Part shown: positions 29,319-39,110 of the stretch, piece by piece
Layout of the letters: each line of letters starts with the position of its first letter
Position numbering within the stretch: the stretch's first letter is position 1
Assembly (NCBI GenBank): GCA_965223265.1
Contig: OZ244999.1
Span: 2,368,001-2,432,000, forward strand
DNA length: 64,000 bases
Source of the DNA: Planctomycetota bacterium
GTDB lineage: Bacteria; Planctomycetota; UBA8108; SXIK01
Reading direction: 5' to 3'
Position numbers and translations under genes: made by a program
The notes under the pieces: generated by a model
What the model was told of the DNA's origin: nothing
The model's input: the letters and a program-made list of their open reading frames with translations, nothing else
Database searches by the model: none

Positions 29319-30005
29319 CTACGGTGCGTCAAAGCCGCCGATGACGATCCATGACTTCACGAGGCCGCAGAATCGTTCCGGGACGATGCGGGCGGCGGGG
29401 AACGCCTCGGCAAGTTCGCGACGTTTCATGAGGCGCACTTCACGGACGGCGGCCTGGGCGTCGGCAAGATCTGGACATGGGCCGCGCCAACCGCAGCGTC
29501 GGCGGCGGATGAGCGCCACACGCGTAGACTCTGGCAGCCACTGCCACCCAGGCATATGAAAGTGAGGCTCTACAGGGAACCAGTAGTTCGGAGTCTGCAC
29601 CCAGTAGGATTTGGCGACGCGCGTCACCTCGCGTGCCATCGCGCGCTGGTTTTCGAGGGTGAAGAGATGCTCGATCACCGAATTGCTGAACGCTATGTCG
29701 AAGCTGGAATCCGAGAATTCAGCGAGGTTGGTCGCGTCGCCCTTGGCGGGCTGGATGTTGTCGTGTTTGGATTCTTCCAGCTCGAGATTGACCAGGGTGA
29801 TTTGATAGTCACTGTGGCCAGCCCAGCCGCGTTGTTCCCAGAAGGAGTTCGTACCACCGATGTCGAGGATTCGAAGCGGTTTTGCGAGCGGCCGGACCAA
29901 CTCTTCGAACATTTGAAACCGCTTGGATCGCAGCCGATTGCCCAGCGACTTAGGATCATGCGAATCTGCGAACCGCCGCAAGTTCACCATAAGATTTTCG
30001 ACCAT
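29319..30005 (-). CDS. Class I SAM-dependent methyltransferase
   Basis: ILDIGG, FDIAFSNSVIEH, QTPNYWFPVEPH. Confidence 0.85.
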   Translation of the reverse strand: MVENLMVNLRRFADSHDPKSLGNRLRSKRFQMFEELVRPLAKPLRILDIGGTNSFWEQRGWAGHSDYQITLVNLELEESKHDNIQPAKGDATNLAEFSDSSFDIAFSNSVIEHLFTLENQRAMAREVTRVAKSYWVQTPNYWFPVEPHFHMPGWQWLPESTRVALIRRRRCGWRGPCPDLADAQAAVREVRLMKRRELAEAFPAARIVPERFCGLVKSWIVIGGFDAP

Positions 30006-30484
30006 GAAGCTTGTTGATGGTTGCGCCGAGCTGCCGCGGCGTCTCACTCAGTCATCATCGGCAGTCTATGCTTCCAGACTGGTGAAGGCGACACCAATCT
30101 CTCGCCTCGTGGAGGACCTTCCGAAAACCTCTCAGGGTAGCGAGTGTGCCGACATGGCACCTCAGGCGAAGCAACCCCTGAAAAGCCTATCGACCCGGGG
30201 CATCAACGGTTCAAGAGGGGTTGCCGGAACCGCGGACATCGCCGCTGAGCGCCAGAATTTCCTTCACACGCCCGCTTGCCTTTCCGATCTGTGCAAGTAC
30301 ACTCTGGGTTTTCACGGCATCGTACGCTGGGGAATCCTAGACAATCTCATTCGACTTAGGCCGGTTTTTGCGCGCGAGATCCCGCCGCGCGGCCCGTTTG
30401 TGGCCGTCGTCAGCAGAAGCGGATCTGGTGACTTGCGAGACAAGGTCTCCGTAGAAACACAGGCAGCCTCAGGGACCTCCAAGA

Positions 30485-31405
30485 ATGACTCACGTGACGG
30501 CTGACTCGGGACCGTCCGATGCCTCACCAGCGCGCGATCGATTGATCGAGCTTTCCCGTGACCCGGGGCGACTTGCCGGCGACCTCCCGGTGCGCTGCGT
30601 TTTCACCGATCGCTTCGGAAAGAACTGGGAGATTCGTCACGACCCTGACCTCGACCTTGGCGTGACGTTTCCGCGCATTGAGCCTGGCGACCTCGGACCG
30701 TACTACGGTGAGGACTACCACTGCTTTGCCGCTGGACGCGGGCCCGGCTCACTCAATCACAAGGTGCGCGCTGCGATCTATCGACGCCCGACGCTTGGGT
30801 TTTTCAAGAACTTCTTCGACGTCATCATTGACCGTCTTCCACCAGACGGCAGAATTCTCGACTTCGGTTGCGGCAATGCGGATCGCATGCGCTTCTACCG
30901 TGCCCTCGGCATTCAAGAGGTCTACGGGCTTGAGCCAAATGTTGAGCCCAACGATGAATGGGAAAGAGAGGGCATTGTCGTCAAGCGCGACCTCGATGAG
31001 TACGCCGGCTTTGAGTTCGACGCAATCATCCTTTCCCACGTGCTCGAACACCTCTTTGATTTCCAGGCGACTCTTGAACGTCTGCGCACTGTTTGCCGCC
31101 CGAACGCCAAGATCTACATCGCAGTGCCGAACCTCCACTCAACGATCTTTCAAACGATCGGGCCTAACTGGCTCATGCTCGACGCGCCGCGGCATCTTTG
31201 GCACTTTTCGTACAAGTCTCTACGCACGACGCTTGAGGCGAGCGGGTACGAAGTGGTGAAGTTCTACACCAAGCCGGTCTATCCAGCCAACATTGGGGGA
31301 CAGTCTTGGTTGCGAAAGAAGATGCTGATCCTGAAGGCCCTAGCGATTTGGTCCCTGAACCGACAACGAAGCGACGGGATTACGATGGTGGCTCGGGCGT
31401 CCTGA
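30485..31405 (+). CDS. Class I SAM-dependent methyltransferase
   Basis: ILDFGCG, SHVLEH, VPN, DAPRHLWHF. Confidence 0.85.
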   Translation: MTHVTADSGPSDASPARDRLIELSRDPGRLAGDLPVRCVFTDRFGKNWEIRHDPDLDLGVTFPRIEPGDLGPYYGEDYHCFAAGRGPGSLNHKVRAAIYRRPTLGFFKNFFDVIIDRLPPDGRILDFGCGNADRMRFYRALGIQEVYGLEPNVEPNDEWEREGIVVKRDLDEYAGFEFDAIILSHVLEHLFDFQATLERLRTVCRPNAKIYIAVPNLHSTIFQTIGPNWLMLDAPRHLWHFSYKSLRTTLEASGYEVVKFYTKPVYPANIGGQSWLRKKMLILKALAIWSLNRQRSDGITMVARAS

Positions 31406-31505
31406 CCGGAAACGAAGGCACATTCGTAGGGGTGATCTCGCGCGTCAGAGGCGAGACCAGTGCGGGCGTTCACGAGAGATTTTGATGGTGTAGGAGGTCA
31501 GCACA

Positions 31506-32602
31506 TGCAGGTGCTGTTGACACTGGACTACGAACTTCACGGCAATGGAACCGGGGATCCGTACGACGTGATGGTGGAGCCCACCGATCGCATGTTGGCG
31601 GACTTCGACGAATTCGGCGCCGTGCTGACCATCATGCCGGATGTCCCCGCACTGCTGAAATTTCGTGAGTACGCGGAGTCGACGGGCACCGACCGGTTCT
31701 CCTACGAGAAGATCTGTGAACAACTGCGTAGAGCACTCGGCACTGGGCACGACGTGCAGCTGCACATGCACTCTAGCCGCTTCAATGCGCGGTGGGAAGA
31801 CGAGAGGTGGGTGGGGGATCTCGCGGAGGACAACATCGCGGTGCTGGAGTTGGAGCGGATTTCCGAGATGCTGCGGATTGGTAAGGAATACCTTGAGGAA
31901 CTCCTCACTCCGGTCGACGCAGGTTATCGCTGTACAGCTTTTCGTGCGCCAGCGTGGACTATGCAGCCGTCCAAGAACATGCTGATTGCTCTGGCGGATA
32001 ACGGCTTCGAGATTGACACATCAGTGTTCAAGTACGGCAAGATGAATACGAACATCCAGTTTGATTACTCGGGCGCCGAGAGCGAAGTTGTTCCATGGCC
32101 TGCGTCTGAATCGAATGTGTGCCTCCGTGACCCTGATGGGAAGATTCTCGAGATACCGATTTATTGCGAGAGACGTCCGATATGGACTTTTCTGACGCGT
32201 TGCCGTTTGCAGCGAGTGATGATGGCGCGGCGTTCTGCGAAGGTCGCGAAGGCTGCCGCGACCACCAACTCGGCACAACCAGGGACGACCGTGCAGTCGC
32301 AACCTCGGGCGAGTCTCGCTCAGCGTGCTGCGAAGGCCGTCTCTATGGTCACTCAACTCCATCCGTGGAAACTGGACTTCAACCAGTGCTCAGGTCACCA
32401 GATCGTCGCTGCTTTGAAGCGAATTCGTCGTACCTACAGCGATCTCGACGTCGAAATCCCGGTGGTGTTGATTGGACATTCGAAGCTCTACACCCATGAA
32501 AACTCTAAGAGCCTGCGGCCGTTCCTTGAATTCGTCTCGAAAGAGCCTGAGATTCGCTTCGCGGCGTTTCGTGACGTGGACGTCGAAGCGTTTCGACGCT
32601 GA
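31506..32602 (+). CDS. Polysaccharide deacetylase-like protein
   Basis: LTLDYE, HDVQLHMH, AFRAPAW, IDTSV. Confidence 0.75.
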
Positions 32603-32665
32603 AGAGCCCGGACGCCGCTGCGGCTGAAGGCGCGTTCAAAGGCGAGTGAGCACCGCGTTCGTCCC

Positions 32666-33394
32666 ATGGTGGACTTTGACGACTACTCGACCACGTACGA
32701 TGAGGCCGTCGACCGCGGTTTGCGCCTCGTCGGAGAGTCGCGTGAGTACTTTGCCCAGGCGCGGGTTCGAGAGGTAGGGGCGACGTTAGCTCGTCATGCC
32801 TCAGACCTCCAGGTGAGGAGGATTCTCGACTACGGGTGCGGCACCGGCGAGACTTCAATGTTGCTCGCCGAGGCGCTGGACGCGGAGACAGTCATTGGAG
32901 TGGATGCATCGCAGCTGACGATTCGCGAAGCTCGACGCCGGTGCCGAGGCTCCACGGTGCGGTTTGTCACCGTCGAGGACGCCTGCTCCGAAGAGCTGTT
33001 TCAATCTCGATTCGACGTCGTTTACACCGCCTGTGTTTTTCACCACATCGATCCGGCCGAATGGCTCGTCACAGCGAAGCGACTTCACGAATCGCTGCGC
33101 CCTGGTGGCATGCTCGCTTTCTTTGAGCACAACCCTTGGAATCCCGGAACGAGGCTGGTCGTCTCTCGCGTCGAATTCGATCGCGACGCCGTACTTCTCA
33201 GTCGGCGTCGTGCGACGAGTCTCTTGCTAGAAGCGGGATTCCAAATAGCAGTGCGACGTAGCTACTTCTACTTTCCCCGCTGGCTGTCATTTTTGCGGCG
33301 GCTGGAGTTGCCCCTGGGGCGACTTCCTTTCGGCGGCCAGTACGCGCTCTACGCGCGGCGGAGGCAGCAGGTCGATCATGCGCCTGGGGGGTGA
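32666..33394 (+). CDS. Class I SAM-dependent methyltransferase
   Basis: ILDYGCGTG, VFHHI, EHNPWNP, GGQY. Confidence 0.85.
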   Translation: MVDFDDYSTTYDEAVDRGLRLVGESREYFAQARVREVGATLARHASDLQVRRILDYGCGTGETSMLLAEALDAETVIGVDASQLTIREARRRCRGSTVRFVTVEDACSEELFQSRFDVVYTACVFHHIDPAEWLVTAKRLHESLRPGGMLAFFEHNPWNPGTRLVVSRVEFDRDAVLLSRRRATSLLLEAGFQIAVRRSYFYFPRWLSFLRRLELPLGRLPFGGQYALYARRRQQVDHAPGG

Positions 33395-33439
33395 GCGCAT
33401 CGACCTATCCTAGCGCTAGCCTGACCTCTCGCTACGCAC

Positions 33440-35860
33440 TCAGAAGGCGCAGGCGTCAAACTGCTCGCAGGCGATTGGATCCTCAGTCGGGTCAACGCCG
33501 CATGCGAAGGTCGGCTCTGGTATCGCGCTACCGTTCAAGAACAGCGCTTCAAGAGCAAAGATCGCATCGCTGACGTCCATCAGCCCATCGTCGTTGCTGT
33601 CGCACGCGTCGTCACACGTCGGCAGCGTGACAAGCAGAGACTGGTCGAACATGAAGATCAGAAGAGTGAGTGGATCCGAGATGTCGACCGCCCCGTCTTG
33701 GTTGCAGTCGCCGCGTGAGAAGCTGAACTCTGTAACCACTACCGGCGCGGAACTCTTTGAAGGAGCCAATGTTGAGCCGTCGCACGTGACGGCCGATCCT
33801 GCTGTCGGGCTTTCCACGTCGATCTTAAGACAATCAACAAACGCCAACTCGGATGTGTCACCCGGTATGAGCAGAGGCGAGGACTCGTAGACGATCGTTG
33901 CAACCTTCTGATTGGAGCCTGGCGGTAAAGCCGCGGAGAGTGGGTCTGTGAGGCTGCCCACCATGGCGAAAAGTAGCCCTGCACGGGCTTCGTCGCACTC
34001 CGCGGTGACAGGGTTGAGCATCACGTTCGCGAAGTCGGGCCCCGACCCGGAATTAAGGTCCAGCGAGATGCCTGAAGGAAAACCGTCGACCGGCATCATG
34101 AACGCTTGATCGTGAGCGATTCCGAAACTCAGTCCGATCGTGTCGCAGGTAGAGCTGAGCTCGATGTCAGCTTCGAACAGGCCGGCGTGGCCGATCTTGA
34201 GCGCTCCGGAGGCCTGGCCGGTCTCCGGATCGACTTCATACAGATTCAAACCGTCTGAGAGTAGCAGTCGATCCGGCGTGCCGATGCCCGAGATCCCTCC
34301 CGTGAGGGTGGCGAGCGCTGGGTTGGTTGCATCGATGTCGAGCGTCGAGATCACAGTGTCTGTGTCAGGATCAAAAACATGCACGTCTGCGTCGCCTGCA
34401 TCGAGGATGTAGACCCTATCGTTGAGAACTGCCAGCCCTTGATAGTTTCCAGAACCGGTGGTGAAGATGTCAGCGTCGAGCACTTGTCCAGTATCAGGGT
34501 TGAGCTGGTAAAGTAAGTCCGACCCGAGTCCGTTGAGGAAGAACAGATCGCCGCCGCCGTATGCGAGTCCGTCGTTCTGTTCACTGGTGGATTCAGGTGC
34601 GGCGAAGCGATTGATTTCCGCGCCAGTCTGCGGATTCAATTCCACGATGTCATTCGTGGCGTCGACGGGGACTGCAAACAGTCTGCCCGGAAAGACGAAG
34701 TCGTCGCTCCCGAGCGCTGACAGCGGGTAGGGAAGTGCCAGGGTTCGTTTGGTATCGCCACCGCGGTCGATCACCGTCAGCTCTGCGACGCCGATTTCAC
34801 CGATGAACACGTCTCCGGCGACGACAGCAAGTCCTGACACTCCGGTTGTCGGTAGCGCGATCGGGTGAGGGCTTTGCGTTGTGATCGCTAACGACGCCGG
34901 AGGGGATGACGTGTTGTGTAGAACGAGGCGTGAGTCTTCGTGGCCGAGAGTGAAGGGAATACCAGTTCCGATCGGTTCGCCGTCTGCGAGTACGCCAGTT
35001 ACTCTCTCACTTGAGAAGGCGAGGTCAAAGCCAAAGAAATTCACTGTGCTGCCGGCAACGTTGCTCTCGTCGACGATCAGAGTCGAGCGAAATGTTCCTC
35101 CTTGGACGTTTAGTTCGCTGCTATCCACCTTCAGATCACCGCGGACCGTGCCGCTGGTGATCGTCAGAGCCCCGACGTCCTGCGCCGAAACGGTGAGGTT
35201 ACCAGAGACGAGGACGCCACTCACGTCGATCGCGGCGCGGTTGAGGCTCAAGTTGCCAGCGACGAAGCCGCCGGTGATGGATCCGAAGCTCGGCTCGGCG
35301 CCGCCGAGAGTCACATCTCCTGTCACCGTTCCACCTGAAAATTGAAGCCCGCCGCAAAGGAGCAGAGAGCCCTCGAGAATGCCGCCGGAGATCGCGACGG
35401 ATCCTGTTGACGGGATAATGTCGATGTCACCGACCATGCGACCACCACTCAGGGAGAACGTGAGTCCGTTGACAGAGTTGACGTTCCCCGTGACGTCACC
35501 GCTTGAGAGATTCAGTACGTTGAAGGATCCTGCGTCACCGATATCTCCATCGACGATGCCTCCAGCAACGTTGAGCGTGGCGCCTGCTGGTGGAAAATTG
35601 AAGTTGTCGAAGAGCGCGCCGTCAACTGAGCCTCCAGTGACGATGTCGACGGTGATGCCGTTGCCGGTGATGACGATTCGATCGGCGATCACTGTGTCGA
35701 TGACCGTGTCGGAGCTGATCGTCACGTCAGCGTCGACAAGAGTCGCTGCCGTGACAACCCAAACGGCTATGCAGAACGCTTGGCGGGCGAGGCGTTCGCT
35801 TGCGCGCGAAGAGCGTGACCGGTGAACCAACGCGTTCGCGTGCTTCGTCTTTCGCAACAT
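33440..35860 (-). CDS. Secreted multidomain protein: beta-helix-like repeats, beta-propeller, cohesin-like and dockerin-like domains
   Basis: GGxVxGD repeats; ELNPQTG/QLNPDTG/EVDPETG blades; GLSFGIAHD; FSRGDCNQDGAVDISD..ACDSNDDGLMDVSD. Confidence 0.72.
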   Translation of the reverse strand: MLRKTKHANALVHRSRSSRASERLARQAFCIAVWVVTAATLVDADVTISSDTVIDTVIADRIVITGNGITVDIVTGGSVDGALFDNFNFPPAGATLNVAGGIVDGDIGDAGSFNVLNLSSGDVTGNVNSVNGLTFSLSGGRMVGDIDIIPSTGSVAISGGILEGSLLLCGGLQFSGGTVTGDVTLGGAEPSFGSITGGFVAGNLSLNRAAIDVSGVLVSGNLTVSAQDVGALTITSGTVRGDLKVDSSELNVQGGTFRSTLIVDESNVAGSTVNFFGFDLAFSSERVTGVLADGEPIGTGIPFTLGHEDSRLVLHNTSSPPASLAITTQSPHPIALPTTGVSGLAVVAGDVFIGEIGVAELTVIDRGGDTKRTLALPYPLSALGSDDFVFPGRLFAVPVDATNDIVELNPQTGAEINRFAAPESTSEQNDGLAYGGGDLFFLNGLGSDLLYQLNPDTGQVLDADIFTTGSGNYQGLAVLNDRVYILDAGDADVHVFDPDTDTVISTLDIDATNPALATLTGGISGIGTPDRLLLSDGLNLYEVDPETGQASGALKIGHAGLFEADIELSSTCDTIGLSFGIAHDQAFMMPVDGFPSGISLDLNSGSGPDFANVMLNPVTAECDEARAGLLFAMVGSLTDPLSAALPPGSNQKVATIVYESSPLLIPGDTSELAFVDCLKIDVESPTAGSAVTCDGSTLAPSKSSAPVVVTEFSFSRGDCNQDGAVDISDPLTLLIFMFDQSLLVTLPTCDDACDSNDDGLMDVSDAIFALEALFLNGSAIPEPTFACGVDPTEDPIACEQFDACAF

Positions 35861-36139
35861 GTCGAGCCAGTCATTTGTTTCGTTGATGCCGCAAGACTGT
35901 CGCGCACGACTGGCGTCGCGTCATGCCTGGAACAAGCGGAGCGCGGGTCTGCGAAGATCTTTTTGCGGCGAGAAGTGCACCCCTGACAGGCCTCTGATTG
36001 TAACCTAACGAGGGCCTCCCACAACAACTCGTCGCGCAGCAGTCGTGCGCCCACCGTCAGGCACGACTCTGCGATCGGAAGCGCGGCGAGCGACCCCGAC
36101 CGTACTTCTAACGTACGACCGGCCGGGGTCGAATCTACA

Positions 36140-37774
36140 TCAGCTGTGTTCGGGTCCCGCATCGACCGGCGTGGACGTCTTGCTCCCTTTGCGAGCGACT
36201 TTTGTGCGATCCGCGCTTGCTTTGTTCGTACCTGCCGCGTCGTCTTTGACGAGCTTGCCGAAGAACTCGGGCATCTCGACGCCGCCAACGTCGCGCATGA
36301 TGTTCAGCATCGGAGGGAGCGACTTGGCCAAGCCCTGAAGAAACCCGGCAGTGCTCGTTGTGCCGTTGCCATTACCGCCGTTACCACCATCCCAGACGAC
36401 GACCTTGTCGAACTTGATGTTTGAGATCGCGGCCGCTGCTGTCTTCGAAAGCTCTTCGAGATGCTCGAGCATGAGCATTTGAAATGCTTCCTGCGAACCG
36501 CCGCAACCGTCGACGATCTGTTTGAGCCCCTCTGCTTTCTTCGCCAAGATCTCGTAGTTGCCTCGTGCTTCGGCCTCGAGCTTGGCGAAAATCGCAGATG
36601 CCTCTCCTTCCGCGTGAATGCGAATGCGCTCGGCGTCGGCTTCTGCGTCGACGATTTGTTTGGCCTTGGCCGCTCGTGCGACCGACTCGAGCTCGGCACG
36701 CTTTTCCTGCTCCACTTTTGATGCGAGCGCTTCCGCGGCCCGCGCTTCCGCGACGTACTGTGCTTCGCGAACTGCTGCCTCCGCCTCGCGATGGCGGGTT
36801 TCCGAGCGCTGAAACGCATCAGCTTGCTTGATCCGCAGCTCTGCGTTCACGTCAGCTACAGTGGCTGCGGCGACGTTTTCTCCAGAGACGGCCTGGGCGT
36901 TTGCATCTGCCACTGCAATGCGCATCTGCCGTTCGGCTTCCTTCACTTGAGCTTCGCGCTCGAACGCTGCCGCCTGCTCGCCGACCGTTTTCTCTCGGTC
37001 CAACTGGGCGACGCGCACGTTCTGGTCCTTCTCCGCCTCCTTCGTACCGATTTCTTGGAACTTGTGCGCTTCCGCCACCTCGATCGCTTGAACCTTCTGC
37101 GCTTCGGCGACGCCAATCGCTCCCTTTTTGACTTGATCGGCAACGTCAATTTCCGCCTGCTGGATTGCCTCGGAAGCGGCTTTGCGACCGATCGCCTCGA
37201 TGTAGCCGGACTCATCGGTGATGTCCTTGATGTTGACGTTGATCAGGACGAGACCGATTTTTTCCAGCTCTGGCTCGAGCGACGTTTGCACGTTTTGGAG
37301 GAACTTCTCGCGGTCACGATTGATGTCCTCGATACCCATCGAGGCGATGACTTGGCGGAGCTGGCCGAAGATGATGTCTTCCGCTTGCTTCATGATGTCT
37401 TCGGTCGTCAGGCCAAGCAGGCGTATCGCAGCGTTTTGCATCGCCTCGGGTTGAGTGCCGATCGCCACCGTGAAAACGCTCGGCACGTTGACGCGGATGT
37501 TTTCGATCGACAACGCGGCTTCGAGCGGAATCTCGATCTGAATGGGGTCAAGGGACAGATAGTCGAAGTCCTGAATCAGCGGCCAGATAAAAGCGCCGCC
37601 ACCGTGGAGACAGCGAGCTGATGTTCCACGTCGAACTTTGCCGTAGACGACGAGGATGCGGTTACTTGGGCAGCGCTTGTAGCGTTTGGCGAGAACGATG
37701 ATGAAGCCGCTCATGAAGAGCGTTGCAGCGATGATGATCGCAATGGCGTATGGGTTGTTCTCCAGCCACGGCAT
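36140..37774 (-). CDS. Flotillin/SPFH domain protein
   Basis: N-terminal TM, RYKRCPSNRILVVYG, SPFH domain, Ala/Glu coiled coil, IKFDKVVVWD. Confidence 0.92.
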   Translation of the reverse strand: MPWLENNPYAIAIIIAATLFMSGFIIVLAKRYKRCPSNRILVVYGKVRRGTSARCLHGGGAFIWPLIQDFDYLSLDPIQIEIPLEAALSIENIRVNVPSVFTVAIGTQPEAMQNAAIRLLGLTTEDIMKQAEDIIFGQLRQVIASMGIEDINRDREKFLQNVQTSLEPELEKIGLVLINVNIKDITDESGYIEAIGRKAASEAIQQAEIDVADQVKKGAIGVAEAQKVQAIEVAEAHKFQEIGTKEAEKDQNVRVAQLDREKTVGEQAAAFEREAQVKEAERQMRIAVADANAQAVSGENVAAATVADVNAELRIKQADAFQRSETRHREAEAAVREAQYVAEARAAEALASKVEQEKRAELESVARAAKAKQIVDAEADAERIRIHAEGEASAIFAKLEAEARGNYEILAKKAEGLKQIVDGCGGSQEAFQMLMLEHLEELSKTAAAAISNIKFDKVVVWDGGNGGNGNGTTSTAGFLQGLAKSLPPMLNIMRDVGGVEMPEFFGKLVKDDAAGTNKASADRTKVARKGSKTSTPVDAGPEHS

Positions 37775-37776
37775 AT

Positions 37777-38340
37777 TCAGCTCCTTTCCGTCAGTTGCAC
37801 GGCGAGGGTGTCCGACGTCGTCGTCCCAACGACTGTGACCTCAGCACCCGTGGGAATTTCCTCCCCCGAGGTCACAGCCTTGCATTCGAGGCGTCGTCCT
37901 TGCACTGAGACGATCACTTTTCCCGCTCCCGAGTTGTCCGCAGGGACAGTCAGATAGACTGTCGCGCTGCTCCCAACCGCATTGCGTAGATCCACGTTGC
38001 CCTTAGCCTCCAGCTTCGTCAGCAAAACCATCAGATAGGCCACGATGTAGAGCGCGGCGACGCCGGCAGCAATCGCAGTCAGGAGCGTCGGAATCGGTGC
38101 CAGTCCTCCAGTGCTGCTCGCGAGACCCGTGAGTCCGAAGAACGTGATGAAGGCGACCAATGTCTTGAAGGACAGTACTTTGAACGTGGCTTGAGACTCA
38201 TCACCGTCGAAATCTGAGTCGACATCGACATCGCCGTCGCCGCCGTCGCCGCCGACGAACAGAAGCGCTGTCTGCACTACTAGAAACGTGCCACCGACCA
38301 CTGCGGTGAGGAGATAGACGCTGTGCATGATCGCTTCCAT
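37777..38340 (-). CDS. NfeD-like membrane protein
   Basis: Three TM segments, C-terminal OB fold (ATVYLTVP..GKV..EIPTGAEV); directly upstream of flotillin. Confidence 0.85.
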   Translation of the reverse strand: MEAIMHSVYLLTAVVGGTFLVVQTALLFVGGDGGDGDVDVDSDFDGDESQATFKVLSFKTLVAFITFFGLTGLASSTGGLAPIPTLLTAIAAGVAALYIVAYLMVLLTKLEAKGNVDLRNAVGSSATVYLTVPADNSGAGKVIVSVQGRRLECKAVTSGEEIPTGAEVTVVGTTTSDTLAVQLTERS

Positions 38341-38567
38341 GGGCACCTCTTTCGCCTGAAATATGTCTGCCTCACGAACCCGAACGAGCTGCAAGCCCTC
38401 AATGAAACAGTCGCGTTCAGTGGCTCTGCGTTACAAGAATTGTCCAAGGGTACCCTCGCTGACGGCGTTATTCCCTGTTCTACAAGGTGTTATGCGCGTC
38501 GTCTGGTGCCCTATCAACAGCGCCTGCAAGTCGGGTCAGGCCCCCGGCGCCGCTGTGCAGTACCCTC

Positions 38568-39110
38568 TCACTCTGCGTCGCTCTGGCGTTTGAGGACGAG
38601 CAAGAACTGTCCGCGTTTGACGTCCGCAGCGAACTTCTTCGGACGCGGACCGGAATGAACAAAGCAGATGCGCAGAGTATTCTCACGAAACTCGTAGATC
38701 CCTGCCGCGGTGGCGCGCGGGCGCGGATCGCTGCTCCGATGCTGCAGATCGATCTCCTTGGGACTTTTTCCTGAGCGAAGCGTATAGAGGAGCTTCGAGC
38801 CGATCGTGCGTTCGCTGATCGGAATGAGGAAGGTCTTGCCGTTGACGGTGGCGGTCCACTTGCCGAGGATTCGCTGGCGGTCCTTGGGGGCGGCCTGCGC
38901 CGCGGCCTTTCGCTTTGTAGGAGTCTCCCCCGCAACGGCAAGGCTAGCTGCGGTGACGACGGCGATCAAGAGGAACGGTAAAAGGGCGCTCGCTACGACA
39001 CGCAGCGTGTTCCGCGCCTCACCACGAGTTGCTGAGCGGCAGTGTCGCGCGTCCCGTCGCGCTGCCTGAGGAGGTTCTTTGGTCGCAGCGTCCGGTAGCA
39101 GCCTAGCCAT
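38568..39110 (-). CDS. Planctomycete TIGR03067-like domain protein
   Basis: LGKW, SPKEIDL, GIYEFRENTLRICF, PRPKKF, LLVLKR. Confidence 0.7.
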   Translation of the reverse strand: MARLLPDAATKEPPQAARRDARHCRSATRGEARNTLRVVASALLPFLLIAVVTAASLAVAGETPTKRKAAAQAAPKDRQRILGKWTATVNGKTFLIPISERTIGSKLLYTLRSGKSPKEIDLQHRSSDPRPRATAAGIYEFRENTLRICFVHSGPRPKKFAADVKRGQFLLVLKRQSDAE

